Below, piece by piece: positions 38,922 to 48,010 of a stretch of 64,000 nucleotides of DNA. A model generated the notes under the pieces. The model worked only from the letters and a program-made list of their open reading frames with translations. It was not told where the DNA came from and made no database searches. The position numbers and the translations under genes were made by a program. This DNA is from Deltaproteobacteria bacterium (lineage in GTDB: Bacteria; Desulfobacterota; Deferrimicrobia; Deferrimicrobiales; Deferrimicrobiaceae), in assembly GCA_016219515.1 (NCBI GenBank), contig JACRMU010000007.1:40-64039 (forward strand), given 5' to 3'. Numbering within the stretch: position 1 is the first letter of the stretch; every line of letters begins with the position of its first letter.

Positions 38922-40004
38922 TTGAGGAACGCATGGTTCAGGAGGATCGGATCGGTATTGGCGGCCGCTGCGGCATGCGGCCTGTGGATGGGATGTTCCA
39001 CCGCGGACGGGAAAAACGAGATCGTGGGGACCGCCAACGGCGAGGAGATCCGGGTGGCCGAGCTCCGCGAGTTTCTGGGAGTCCGCAGCGGTTCGACGGC
39101 AGCGTCGGATATCCCGGCGGAAAAGAAAAAGGAGGCGCTGGACCGGTTGATCGGCGGCCGTCTCCTTGCGCAGGAAGCGCGGGCGAAGGGCCTGGACAAC
39201 ACCGAGGAATTCCGCGCGCAGATCCGGCAGAACGAGCAGGACCTGTGGATCACCGCGCTCTTCCGGAAGGAGATCGACGCCAAGTCCTCGGACATCGACA
39301 AGGAGGTCAAGGCGGAAGCGAAAAAAATGATGGAAGCGGACAAGAAGCTCACCGAGAAGGACGCGGAATCGCGCGCCGGGAAGCTGACGTACGATATGAA
39401 GGTACGGAAGATCCAGGAGGAATTGATCGCCTCCGCGAAAAAGGAGGTCCCGCCTTCCATCGACAAGGCGCTGCTGGAACGGATCGGGAAGAAGGAGAAC
39501 GTCGCCGACGACGCGGTCATCGCGACGGCCGGCGCGGAGAAGGTCAGCTACGGCGAAGCGAAGCGGATGCTCCAGGCCATCGGCGGGGGCTCGCACGGCT
39601 CCGAGGACCTGTCGCGGAACCCGACGGCGATCGAAAGGATCCTGGACCGGGAGCTCACGAAACGGGCCCTTCTCGGCCTGGCGAGGAAACAGGGGATCGA
39701 AGGGTCGAAATGGCTGGCGGAAATACGGAAGGAGATGGAGAGGATCCTCCTCATCAACATCCTGGCGGAGAAGGAGATTCTCAAGGGCATCGTCGTGACC
39801 GACAAGGACCTCGATGCGACCTACAAGGAACATGCGGACATGTTCGTCCAGAACGGGAAAAAGATTCCGTTCGCGCAGGTCAAGGAGCAGATCCGGGGAT
39901 TCGTCGCGACCAACATGAAGAGAAAAGCCATCGAGTCGTATGTCGAGGCGCTGAAAAAGAAGGCCAAGATTACGGTGAACGAAAGCGTTCTCGCCAAGGT
40001 GTAA
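38922..40004 (+). CDS. SurA N-terminal-domain-like periplasmic chaperone lipoprotein
   Basis: Lipobox LWMGCS. IVGTANGEEIRVAELREFL resembles the SurA_N/PpiD N-terminus. No clear PPIase domain seen. Confidence 0.5.
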   Translation: MRNAWFRRIGSVLAAAAACGLWMGCSTADGKNEIVGTANGEEIRVAELREFLGVRSGSTAASDIPAEKKKEALDRLIGGRLLAQEARAKGLDNTEEFRAQIRQNEQDLWITALFRKEIDAKSSDIDKEVKAEAKKMMEADKKLTEKDAESRAGKLTYDMKVRKIQEELIASAKKEVPPSIDKALLERIGKKENVADDAVIATAGAEKVSYGEAKRMLQAIGGGSHGSEDLSRNPTAIERILDRELTKRALLGLARKQGIEGSKWLAEIRKEMERILLINILAEKEILKGIVVTDKDLDATYKEHADMFVQNGKKIPFAQVKEQIRGFVATNMKRKAIESYVEALKKKAKITVNESVLAKV

Positions 40005-40016
40005 CCACGGGAGGAG

Positions 40017-40967
40017 ATGTCCATGAGGAAGCGGGCGCTGCAGGCGGCGGTGTTGGTGCTGGCCCTTTGGGCCGCGGGGCGGGCGGCCGCGGAGACAACC
40101 TTCGAGCTTCTCTATTCCGTCGGGGGTTTCGGCATCGGGAGGCAGAGCTTCGACCGGCCCGTCGACGTCGTCGAGGACCGGGAAGAAAACGTATACGTCG
40201 TGGACCAGGGGAACAACCGGATCCAGGTGCTCGACCGGAGGGGGACGTTCCTCAGGGAATGGGGAGGACGCGGGTTCACCCCGGGCCTTTTCGACAAGCC
40301 GTCGGCGATCGCGATCGAACCGGTCGCGGGAAGCCTTTTCGTGGTGGACCGGCTCAACCATCGCGTCCAGAAGTTCGATCCGAACGGAAGGTTCCTGATG
40401 TCGTTCGGACGGCTCGGCTCCGGGGACGGGGATTTCAACCGGCCGATGGACATCGCGCTGGACAGGAAAGGGAACATCTTCGTCGCGGACACGGGCAACA
40501 ACCGGATCGAGAAATTCGACCCGAGCGGAAAATTCATCCTGGAATGGGGAAAGTACGCGCGCCGTCGCCGGGGGGCCGAACTGACGAACCCGGTCTCCAT
40601 CGCCTATTCCGATGAAGGGTTCGGCTATATTTACGTGCTGACGTCGCCCGAATGCGTCGTGCAGAAATACGACATCGACGGGGTGCTCGTGAAAACCTGG
40701 CCGATGCGCCCGAAGGGGGAAAGCGCGCTCTGCGGTCCTTCCCGCATACGGATTGAACCGCGGAAGTATACGGTGTATATTGCGGATACGGAAAACAACC
40801 GCTTGATTCTGTTCGACAAAGAGGGCGAACCCCTGGGGGAATTGCGGGGGGGGAAGGTCCCGCTGAAGAAGCCCGGCGGCCTGTTCGTGAACATTTCGTT
40901 CGGGGAGAATGTCGTCGTGGCGGACACCGGCAACCATCTCATTCAAAAGTTCAGGAGGGAAAGGTAG
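40017..40967 (+). CDS. NHL-repeat beta-propeller protein
   Basis: Signal peptide. Repeated ...VYVVDQGNNRIQVLD..., ...LFVVDRLNHRVQKFD..., ...IFVADTGNNRIEKFD..., ...VVVADTGNHLIQKF... Confidence 0.8.
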   Translation: MSMRKRALQAAVLVLALWAAGRAAAETTFELLYSVGGFGIGRQSFDRPVDVVEDREENVYVVDQGNNRIQVLDRRGTFLREWGGRGFTPGLFDKPSAIAIEPVAGSLFVVDRLNHRVQKFDPNGRFLMSFGRLGSGDGDFNRPMDIALDRKGNIFVADTGNNRIEKFDPSGKFILEWGKYARRRRGAELTNPVSIAYSDEGFGYIYVLTSPECVVQKYDIDGVLVKTWPMRPKGESALCGPSRIRIEPRKYTVYIADTENNRLILFDKEGEPLGELRGGKVPLKKPGGLFVNISFGENVVVADTGNHLIQKFRRER

Positions 40968-40969
40968 TC

Positions 40970-41557
40970 ATGCGCGTTCCTGCGACGACTCCGCTTCTTT
41001 CCGTGATGTTTTTCTGCTGCATGGCGTTCGTGGCGGGAACGGCGCTGGCCGAGGAAAAGGCGATGACTCCCCTTGCGGGGGGGATCCCCATGATCGAGGG
41101 GATCAAGATGCTGGAGGTGGGGACCGCCGCGCCCGATTTCAGCGTCAAGGACTCCGATGGGAAGCCGTTCCGCCTCTCGGAGGAGAAGGGGAAGAAGGCG
41201 TTCCTCCTCGTGTTCTGGTCGATCTTCTGCGAACCGTGCCGGGCCGAAATGCCGGTCATCCAGAAGATGCACGAGAAGTACCGGGAAAGCGGTCTGAACG
41301 TCGTCACGATCGCCCTCGACGGCGAGCCGCTGGTCGGCAGCATCGCCGGGTTCATCCGCCAGGAGGGGTACACCTTCCGGGTGTTGATCGACGAGCTGGA
41401 TTCCCAGGAGATGTTCAAAGTGGCCGATCCCTACGGCGTGGCGGGGACCCCGACCCTCTTTCTCCTGGACCGCGCGGGGAAGGTGGCCCTCGCCAGGGCG
41501 GGCCGGCTGACGGATGAGGAGCTGGAAAAGGCCATCCAGGCGGTTCTGAAAAAGTGA
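40970..41557 (+). CDS. TlpA-family thiol:disulfide oxidoreductase
   Basis: Signal peptide. FWSIFCEPCRAEMP. Confidence 0.8.
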   Translation: MRVPATTPLLSVMFFCCMAFVAGTALAEEKAMTPLAGGIPMIEGIKMLEVGTAAPDFSVKDSDGKPFRLSEEKGKKAFLLVFWSIFCEPCRAEMPVIQKMHEKYRESGLNVVTIALDGEPLVGSIAGFIRQEGYTFRVLIDELDSQEMFKVADPYGVAGTPTLFLLDRAGKVALARAGRLTDEELEKAIQAVLKK

Positions 41558-41561
41558 GCGG

Positions 41562-43109
41562 GTGATGTGGGCGGCCCTCCGCGGTGCGACCCTCGCCGCG
41601 CTGTTCTGCCTTTGGGCCGGGAGCGCTTTAGCCGTCGCCGTGGGGGAGCCGGCGGCGCCCATCGAGGGGGAGGACCTGAACGGGGAGCGGGTCGTCCTGG
41701 AGTCCTTCCTCGGAAAGAAGGCCGTCCTCCTGAAGTTCGGGTCGATCTACTGTTCGACCTGCGTGTCTTCCCTGGAGGATATCGCCCGCATCCAGCGGAA
41801 GTTCAACCCCTCGGAACTGCAGGTCATCGGCGTGAACCTGGACGTCTACGGCATGGCGCGCGTGCGGAAGTTCTACCGGGGCTACGCGACCCTCATCGAC
41901 TATCCGATGATCATCGACGAGAAGCTGGCGGCCTCCCGTCCATACGATATCCGGTCGATCCCCGCGCACGTCGTCATCGACAAGGGCGGGTTCGTCCGGT
42001 ACCTGTCGACGGGCGCTTCGGAGCAGGACCTGAAGAACCTGGAAGAGGTCGTCACCAAGGTGGTCCGCGGCGAGAGCGGCGTCGAGAAGCTGGCCAAGGA
42101 ACTCCCGCTGCAGGTTTTCCTGCCGCTGAATTTCACCAAGACCTACCAGGAGTCGATCTATGTCGTGGGAAAGACGAAGCCCGGGAGCAAGGTGTCTCTC
42201 GTCCTCAACGGCGGATCGCGGCAGAACTTGAAGACCATGCGGGATTATTTCTACATCCGCACTCCGCTTTCCCTGGGCTCGAACTACATCGAGCTTCAGG
42301 TCGTCGACGAGCAGGGCAGGAGGGTCAACCAGGGAGTGGTCCTGTTCCGGGCTCCGAAGGTCGGGGTGGGGATCGAGTCCCCCTTCCCGGAGTATCATTT
42401 CCACATGGAAAAAAACGAGGGGCCGTGCAGGAAGTGCCACGACCTCAATCCCCCCGCGGAGAAGGCGCAGGGATTCTCCGCGGCAACCCGGTTCTGCCTC
42501 GGATGCCACAAGGAGCTGACCGGCCAGCGGATGGCGCACGGCCCGATTCCCATCGGGGGGTGCGCGCCCTGTCACCGGTTCACGAGCAAGCCGAACCGGT
42601 ACCAGGTCGTCGCCCGGGGGCAGGAGCTCTGCTTCAAGTGCCACGAGGAGAAGCGGAAGGACCTCGTAAAGACCTATCTCCACGGCCCGATGTCGGCCGG
42701 GCTCTGCACGATCTGCCACAATCCGCACGGCTCCTCCGAGACGTACCAGCTTCGGAGATACGTGGGGGACCTCTGCGTCATGTGCCACGAGGGGATGAAG
42801 GCCGTGCAGCGGAAGCGGGTGGTCCACAAGCCGGTGGCCGACGGCGCATGCGCGAAGTGCCACGAGTCGCACTCCTCGGACCGGAACGACAACTTTCTCA
42901 AGATCCCGGGGGACGGCCTGTGCCTGTCCTGCCACACCGATTTCGGAAAGAGGGGGCATACCCACCCGAACGGCGTTCCCCCGAAGATGGACCGGAAGAT
43001 GAAATTGAGCAAGGAAGGCAATCTGGTCTGCCAGTCGTGCCATGAGGCCCATGCGTCCGACGAACCGAAGCTACTGGTGAAAGGAGGGTGCGGCGGATGT
43101 CATTCCTGA
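41562..43109 (+). CDS. Fusion protein: N-terminal TlpA-like thioredoxin domain plus C-terminal decaheme cytochrome c (paired-CxxCH / c3-c7 type)
   Basis: Signal peptide. Trx-like FGSIYCSTCVSSLEDI. The C-terminal half has CRKCH, CLGCH, CAPCH, CFKCH, CTICH, CVMCH, CAKCH, CLSCH, CQSCH and CGGCH, with conserved distal His spacing (...HGP...). Confidence 0.8.
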   Translation: MMWAALRGATLAALFCLWAGSALAVAVGEPAAPIEGEDLNGERVVLESFLGKKAVLLKFGSIYCSTCVSSLEDIARIQRKFNPSELQVIGVNLDVYGMARVRKFYRGYATLIDYPMIIDEKLAASRPYDIRSIPAHVVIDKGGFVRYLSTGASEQDLKNLEEVVTKVVRGESGVEKLAKELPLQVFLPLNFTKTYQESIYVVGKTKPGSKVSLVLNGGSRQNLKTMRDYFYIRTPLSLGSNYIELQVVDEQGRRVNQGVVLFRAPKVGVGIESPFPEYHFHMEKNEGPCRKCHDLNPPAEKAQGFSAATRFCLGCHKELTGQRMAHGPIPIGGCAPCHRFTSKPNRYQVVARGQELCFKCHEEKRKDLVKTYLHGPMSAGLCTICHNPHGSSETYQLRRYVGDLCVMCHEGMKAVQRKRVVHKPVADGACAKCHESHSSDRNDNFLKIPGDGLCLSCHTDFGKRGHTHPNGVPPKMDRKMKLSKEGNLVCQSCHEAHASDEPKLLVKGGCGGCHS

Positions 43110-43141
43110 GTCGTCCGGCCCCTACGGGAGGCCAAGTTCCC

Positions 43142-44872
43142 ATGGCGAAATTCCGCTTGTCCCTGGAGTTCAAGCTGATCATGGCCTCGATGGTGCTCGC
43201 GCTGATCACGATCGGCCTGGGCGGGGTGGCCGTCTACAAGGTCAGCGAAGACGCCATCAAGGTCGATGCGCAGAGGAACGCCCGCCTCCTCGCGTCCCAG
43301 CTGGGGGCGCTCCGCGGAATCGGCGCCGATGCGTCCCGGGGACTCAACGACCTGCTGGTATCGGCGAAAGTCGAAACGTTCGGCGCCTCCTGGGTGATGG
43401 ACCGCAACGGCTTTCTCATCGCCCACATGGCCCCCAAGTTCCGGGGCATGGTGGAGGCGCAGACCTACATCGGCGACACCGTCGTCGAGCTCCACGCGGC
43501 GGAACAGCCGATCCAGCAGCTGGGCGAGAAGAACATCATGCACCGGGTGAAGCTGCAGGAGCTGATCGAGAAGTTCGACGGCGGGTTCGGCACGTACCAT
43601 TTCCTGGGAGAGAACAAGATCCTCGCGTTCCGCGTGATGAAGGACCGCGGGTGGCTCGTCGCGGTCGACCAGCCGATCAGCACGGCGTTCTCGGAGCTCA
43701 CGCGCCTCAAGAAGGTCATTCTCACGACCTGCATCGTCATCGCGGTGCTGGTGATGGGGTTCACCTCGTTCGCCGTCCGGATGATCATCCGGCCGTACTA
43801 CCGCGAGCAGGAGAAGACCAACCTGAAGCTCGAGATGATGAACCAGGAGCTCGAGATGTCCCGCCGGAAGCTGGAGAAGGCGGGGGACAGCCTGACGCGG
43901 CTGTACGACCTGAGCATCGCCATGCAGTATTCCGGCTTCCTCGAATCGCATCTTCCGCTGGTGCTGGGGGTCGCCCAGGAACGGTTCGAGGTCGACCGGA
44001 TCCTGCTCATGATGCCGGACGCGGAGGGGAAGTTCCTCCGCTGCGCGGCCTCCGTGGGGAACGTATTCGAATCCGAGGACAAGATCTTCGTGCCGATCTC
44101 GCTGGAAGGGGGGGGGTTCGCGCGCGCCTACCGGACGAAGCGCGCGGTGTTCTGGGACGGCACCGAGACGGTCCCGGAACACCTGAAATTCCGCGCGCCG
44201 TACGACAAGGTCCGGTCGCTGCGGTCGAAGGCGTTCGCTATCTTCCCCCTGATCGCCAAGGAGAAGGTGATCGGCGTGGTCGGCGTCGACAACAAGATGA
44301 GCCACCGCCCCCTGACGAAGGAGACTGCCGACGCGATCGAGAGCTTCGCGTACAAGATGGCGTCCCTCATCGACAACACCCTCCACCTGCAGTCGATCCA
44401 GAAAGCTGCGCAGGAGATGGAGAACCGGGACCGGCTGACCGGGCTGTACAACTTGCACTACGTGAAGACGCTGGCGGAGGAGCACATCAACGCCGCGGTG
44501 AGCAAGGGCGTCCCATTCACCCTGTCGATGGTGTACCTGCCCAATTTCAAGGAATACAACGAGACGAACGGGTACAAGCGGGGCGATTTCGTCCTTCAGA
44601 AGACCGCCGAGTTCCTGAAGGCGCAGGAGGTGATGGGGGTCGTCCCCGCCCGGTGCTTCGGCGCCGCGTTCCTCGTCCTCTTCCCGGGGAAGAACGAGGA
44701 ACAGGGGAAGTACCTGATCGACATGTTCCTTAAGGAATTCAACCAGTTCTCCTTCTACGGAGAGAAGCGGCTGTCGGAAGGGAAGATGACCGCGAAAATC
44801 ACCACCGCGGAGTACACGCGCGAATCGGGGAAGACCTTCGACGAGTTTTTCGCGGACCTCGAAACCGCGTGA
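43142..44872 (+). CDS. Membrane sensor protein with a periplasmic/Cache-like region, a GAF domain and a degenerate GGDEF domain (GAAF in place of GGEEF)
   Basis: Two TM segments flank an extracytoplasmic region. GAF-like ...ILLMMPDAEGKFLRCAASVGN...VIGVVGVDNK... GGDEF-like ...RDRLTGLYNLHYV...GDFVLQKTAEFLK...RCFGAAFLVLFPG... Confidence 0.65.
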   Translation: MAKFRLSLEFKLIMASMVLALITIGLGGVAVYKVSEDAIKVDAQRNARLLASQLGALRGIGADASRGLNDLLVSAKVETFGASWVMDRNGFLIAHMAPKFRGMVEAQTYIGDTVVELHAAEQPIQQLGEKNIMHRVKLQELIEKFDGGFGTYHFLGENKILAFRVMKDRGWLVAVDQPISTAFSELTRLKKVILTTCIVIAVLVMGFTSFAVRMIIRPYYREQEKTNLKLEMMNQELEMSRRKLEKAGDSLTRLYDLSIAMQYSGFLESHLPLVLGVAQERFEVDRILLMMPDAEGKFLRCAASVGNVFESEDKIFVPISLEGGGFARAYRTKRAVFWDGTETVPEHLKFRAPYDKVRSLRSKAFAIFPLIAKEKVIGVVGVDNKMSHRPLTKETADAIESFAYKMASLIDNTLHLQSIQKAAQEMENRDRLTGLYNLHYVKTLAEEHINAAVSKGVPFTLSMVYLPNFKEYNETNGYKRGDFVLQKTAEFLKAQEVMGVVPARCFGAAFLVLFPGKNEEQGKYLIDMFLKEFNQFSFYGEKRLSEGKMTAKITTAEYTRESGKTFDEFFADLETA

Positions 44873-44885
44873 CCGGAGGGGCCGT

Positions 44886-45470
44886 TTGACATCCTCCCCG
44901 CGCTTCCTCATGTTCGATCCGACGGGCGAGGGATGGCCCGGGATCTCTCTTCCCCAGGTGGCGTTCGCGGGGAAGTCGAACGTGGGAAAATCCTCCCTGC
45001 TCAACGCGCTTGCGGGCCACCGTCGGCTTGCGCACGTCAGCAAAACCCCCGGCAGGACAAGGGGGATCGCCTTCTTCGAGGTCGAGGGGAGGTTCGCGTT
45101 CGTCGATCTCCCCGGCTACGGCTATGCGAAGGTCTCCCGGGAGGAACGGACCGCATGGAAGGCCCTCGTGGAGGGGTACTTCTCTTCCTGCCGCCTCCTC
45201 AGGAAAGTCTACCTGCTGGTCGATGCCCGGCGCGGGCCCGGGGAGGAGGAGCGGATGCTTTCCGGCTACCTGGCGGAGCGCGGCATCCCCTACCGGTGGG
45301 TCGGGACGAAGATCGATGAGATAAAGGCGGGCGGGCGGGCCGCGGCCCGGGCCCGGTTCGCCGGGCCGGAATGGCTGGAGCGGGGCGGGCCGCCGGTGCT
45401 GGTGTCGGTCAAAACGCGCGAGGGGATCGATTCCCTCTGGAGGGATATCCGGGCCTCTTTTTCCGCTTGA
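44886..45470 (+). CDS. engB: Ribosome biogenesis GTP-binding protein YihA/EngB
   Basis: VAFAGKSNVGKSSLLNAL (G1), DLPGYGYAK (G3). TTG start per the ORF track; an ATG lies 8 codons downstream. Confidence 0.8.
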   Translation: MTSSPRFLMFDPTGEGWPGISLPQVAFAGKSNVGKSSLLNALAGHRRLAHVSKTPGRTRGIAFFEVEGRFAFVDLPGYGYAKVSREERTAWKALVEGYFSSCRLLRKVYLLVDARRGPGEEERMLSGYLAERGIPYRWVGTKIDEIKAGGRAAARARFAGPEWLERGGPPVLVSVKTREGIDSLWRDIRASFSA

Positions 45471-45587
45471 TTGTTTTCATGGAAAAGAGTATTCTCTCCC
45501 CGTTTTATTACCGGCTGGGCCCTGCCGATACGTTCGTGAAACCATGAAAGTCCGCCGCAGGTTACCGGCGGGCGCGGAGGGTACACC

Positions 45588-46499
45588 TTGTTTCCCATCG
45601 TGGAATGCAGAGAAATCGCCAAGAACGTCATTCTCCAGAGAATCGAAGCCCCCCGGATCGCCCGCAAGAGGAAAGCGGGGCAGTTCCTCATCGTCCGGAG
45701 GGGGGAGCTCAGCGAGCGGATCCCCCTGACCATCGTGGGTTCCGACCCGGCCGACGGCACCGTGACGATCATTTTCCAGGCGGTAGGGAAATCGACGGCG
45801 GAGCTTGAGTCCCTGAAGGCGGGGGATAGCCTGCTGGACGTGGTCGGGCCGCTGGGCCTTGCGACCCACGTCGAAAACCTCGGGACGATCGTGGGGATCG
45901 GCGGCGGAATCGGGACCGCCCCCCTGCTGCCCATCGCGACGGCCTTCCAGCAGGCGGGGAACCGCCTGGTTTCGATCGTCGGGGCGCGGACGAAGGACCT
46001 CATCATCCTCGAGGAGGAGATGAGGGCGATCTCCGATCAGATCACCGTGACCACCGACGACGGATCGTACGCCAAGAAGGGGTTCGTCACCACCGCGCTT
46101 CAGGAACTGATCGACGCGGGCACGAAGATCGACCTGTGCGTCGCCATCGGCCCCGTCCCGATGATGCGGGCGGTGGCCGAGGTGACCCGTCCCCACAAGA
46201 TCAAGACCGTCGTGAGCCTGAACCCGATCATGGTGGACGCCACGGGGATGTGCGGCGCCTGCCGGGTGACGGTCGGGGGGAAGACGAAGTTCGTCTGCGT
46301 CGACGGGCCGGAGTTCGACGGCCACGAAGTGGACTTCAAGGAGCTCGTGATGCGCAACCGCGCCTACCTGAGGGAAGAGAAGGAGGCGATGGACAGATAT
46401 CTGCACAAGGACGGCAAGTGCATGGGATCGGCCGCGCCCGGGGCGGGAACGCCCGGCGGGGCCGGGAAGGCAGTCGTGACAACGGGAGGTGTAAGCTGA
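45588..46499 (+). CDS. NfnA/SudB-like ferredoxin-NADP+ reductase subunit (PyrK-like FAD/NAD and [2Fe-2S] protein)
   Basis: ...GQFLIVRRG...IPLTIV... FAD-binding; GIGTAPLL NAD-binding; C-terminal CGACRVTVGGKTKFVCVDGPEF cluster motif. Confidence 0.75.
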   Translation: MFPIVECREIAKNVILQRIEAPRIARKRKAGQFLIVRRGELSERIPLTIVGSDPADGTVTIIFQAVGKSTAELESLKAGDSLLDVVGPLGLATHVENLGTIVGIGGGIGTAPLLPIATAFQQAGNRLVSIVGARTKDLIILEEEMRAISDQITVTTDDGSYAKKGFVTTALQELIDAGTKIDLCVAIGPVPMMRAVAEVTRPHKIKTVVSLNPIMVDATGMCGACRVTVGGKTKFVCVDGPEFDGHEVDFKELVMRNRAYLREEKEAMDRYLHKDGKCMGSAAPGAGTPGGAGKAVVTTGGVS

Positions 46500-47938
46500 T
46501 GGCCGACGTCACCCCGACCCCGAAAGCTCCTCGTCCGAAGGTGGGAAGCATCCCCCGGCAGCCGATGCCGGAGCAGCCGCCGAAGGTCCGCGTCAAAAAC
46601 TTCAAGGAAGTCCCGTACGGCCTCACTCCCGACCTCGCCATCCTCGAGGCGTCCCGCTGCATCCAGTGCAAGAACCCCGCTTGCGTGAAAGGGTGTCCGG
46701 TCGAGGTCCAGATCCCGGAATTCATCGACCTCGTGCGCCAGGGGAAGTTCGTGGAGGCGGCGAAGAAAATCAAGGAGACGAACGCACTCCCCGCGATCTG
46801 CGGCCGCGTCTGCCCCCAGGAAGAGCAGTGCGAGACGCCCTGCGTTCTGGGCAAGAAATTCGAGCCGGTGGCCATCGGCCGCCTCGAGCGGTTCGTCGCC
46901 GACTTCGAGCGGGTGACGGGGGTCGTGGAAATCCCCGAGGTCGCGCCTCCTACGGGGAAGCGCGTGGCGATCGTCGGCGCCGGCCCCGCGGGGCTGACGG
47001 TGGCGGGCGACCTGGTCAAGCTGGGGCACGACGTCACGATGTTCGAGGCGCTCCACAAGCCGGGGGGAGTCCTCATGTACGGCATCCCGGAGTTCCGCCT
47101 TCCCAAGGACATCGTGCAGGCCGAGTTGGACTACATCTGCAAGCTGGGCGTGAAGCTGGAATGCAACGTCGTGATCGGCAAGTCGGTCACGATCGACGAG
47201 CTCCTGGCCGAAGAGGGCTTCCACTCGGTGTTCATCGGCACCGGCGCGGGGCTGCCGTACTTCATGAACATCCCGGGCGAGAACCTGATCGGGATCTATT
47301 CGGCCAACGAGTACCTGACCCGCTCCAACCTGATGAAGGCGTACCTGTTTCCGGAGGCCGACACCCCGATCTACCGCGGCAAACACGTTGCCGTCGTTGG
47401 CGGGGGGAACGTGGCGATGGACGCCGCGCGCACGGCGATGCGGATGGGCGCGGAAAAAGTGTACCTCGTCTACCGCCGTTCGAAGAAGGAGATGCCCGCC
47501 CGGATCGAGGAGATCCACCACGCCGAGGAGGAGGGGATCGAGTTCCACCTGCTGACGAACCCTCTCCGGTTCCTGGGGAACGAGGAAAGCTTCGTGAACG
47601 AGATCGAGTGCCAGAGGATGGAGCTCGGCGAGCCCGACGCCTCGGGCCGGCGGCGCCCGGTGCCCGTCAAGGGCTCCGAGTTCCGGCTTCCCGTGGATAC
47701 CGTCGTCATGTCCATCGGCAACGGCGCCAACCCGCTCGTTCCGGCAACGACGCCGGGGCTGGGCACGAACAAGTGGGGGAACATCCTCGCGGACCAGGAG
47801 ACGGGGAAAACGAACAAGAAGGGGGTCTTCGCCGGCGGCGACATCGTCATCGGCGCGGCCACCGTCATTCTGGCGATGGGGGCCGGCCGGAAAGCGGCGG
47901 CGGCGATGCACTCGTACATGATGACGGGGGCCTGGTAA
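46499..47938 (+). CDS. NADPH-dependent glutamate synthase beta-chain-like oxidoreductase (NfnB/GltD/SudA family)
   Basis: ATG overlaps the upstream stop. CIQCKNPACVKGCPVEV and CGRVCPQEEQCE Fe-S motifs. VAIVGAGPAGLTVAGDL and VAVVGGGNVAMD dinucleotide folds. Confidence 0.85.
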   Translation: MADVTPTPKAPRPKVGSIPRQPMPEQPPKVRVKNFKEVPYGLTPDLAILEASRCIQCKNPACVKGCPVEVQIPEFIDLVRQGKFVEAAKKIKETNALPAICGRVCPQEEQCETPCVLGKKFEPVAIGRLERFVADFERVTGVVEIPEVAPPTGKRVAIVGAGPAGLTVAGDLVKLGHDVTMFEALHKPGGVLMYGIPEFRLPKDIVQAELDYICKLGVKLECNVVIGKSVTIDELLAEEGFHSVFIGTGAGLPYFMNIPGENLIGIYSANEYLTRSNLMKAYLFPEADTPIYRGKHVAVVGGGNVAMDAARTAMRMGAEKVYLVYRRSKKEMPARIEEIHHAEEEGIEFHLLTNPLRFLGNEESFVNEIECQRMELGEPDASGRRRPVPVKGSEFRLPVDTVVMSIGNGANPLVPATTPGLGTNKWGNILADQETGKTNKKGVFAGGDIVIGAATVILAMGAGRKAAAAMHSYMMTGAW

Positions 47939-47980
47939 GCGGGCCCGCTCCGCAGCCGGCCATACGCAAGAACATCCAGG

Positions 47981-48010
47981 GGGCACGGTGCTTGCCGTGC
48001 CCTCTTTTTA
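47981..48010 (+). terminator. Rho-independent terminator (GGGCACGG-TGCTTG-CCGTGCCC followed by TCTTTTTA)
   Basis: Perfect 8-bp GC-rich stem and 6-nt loop immediately followed by a T-tract, 40 nt after the nfnB-like stop. Convergent with a minus-strand gene. Confidence 0.6.
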
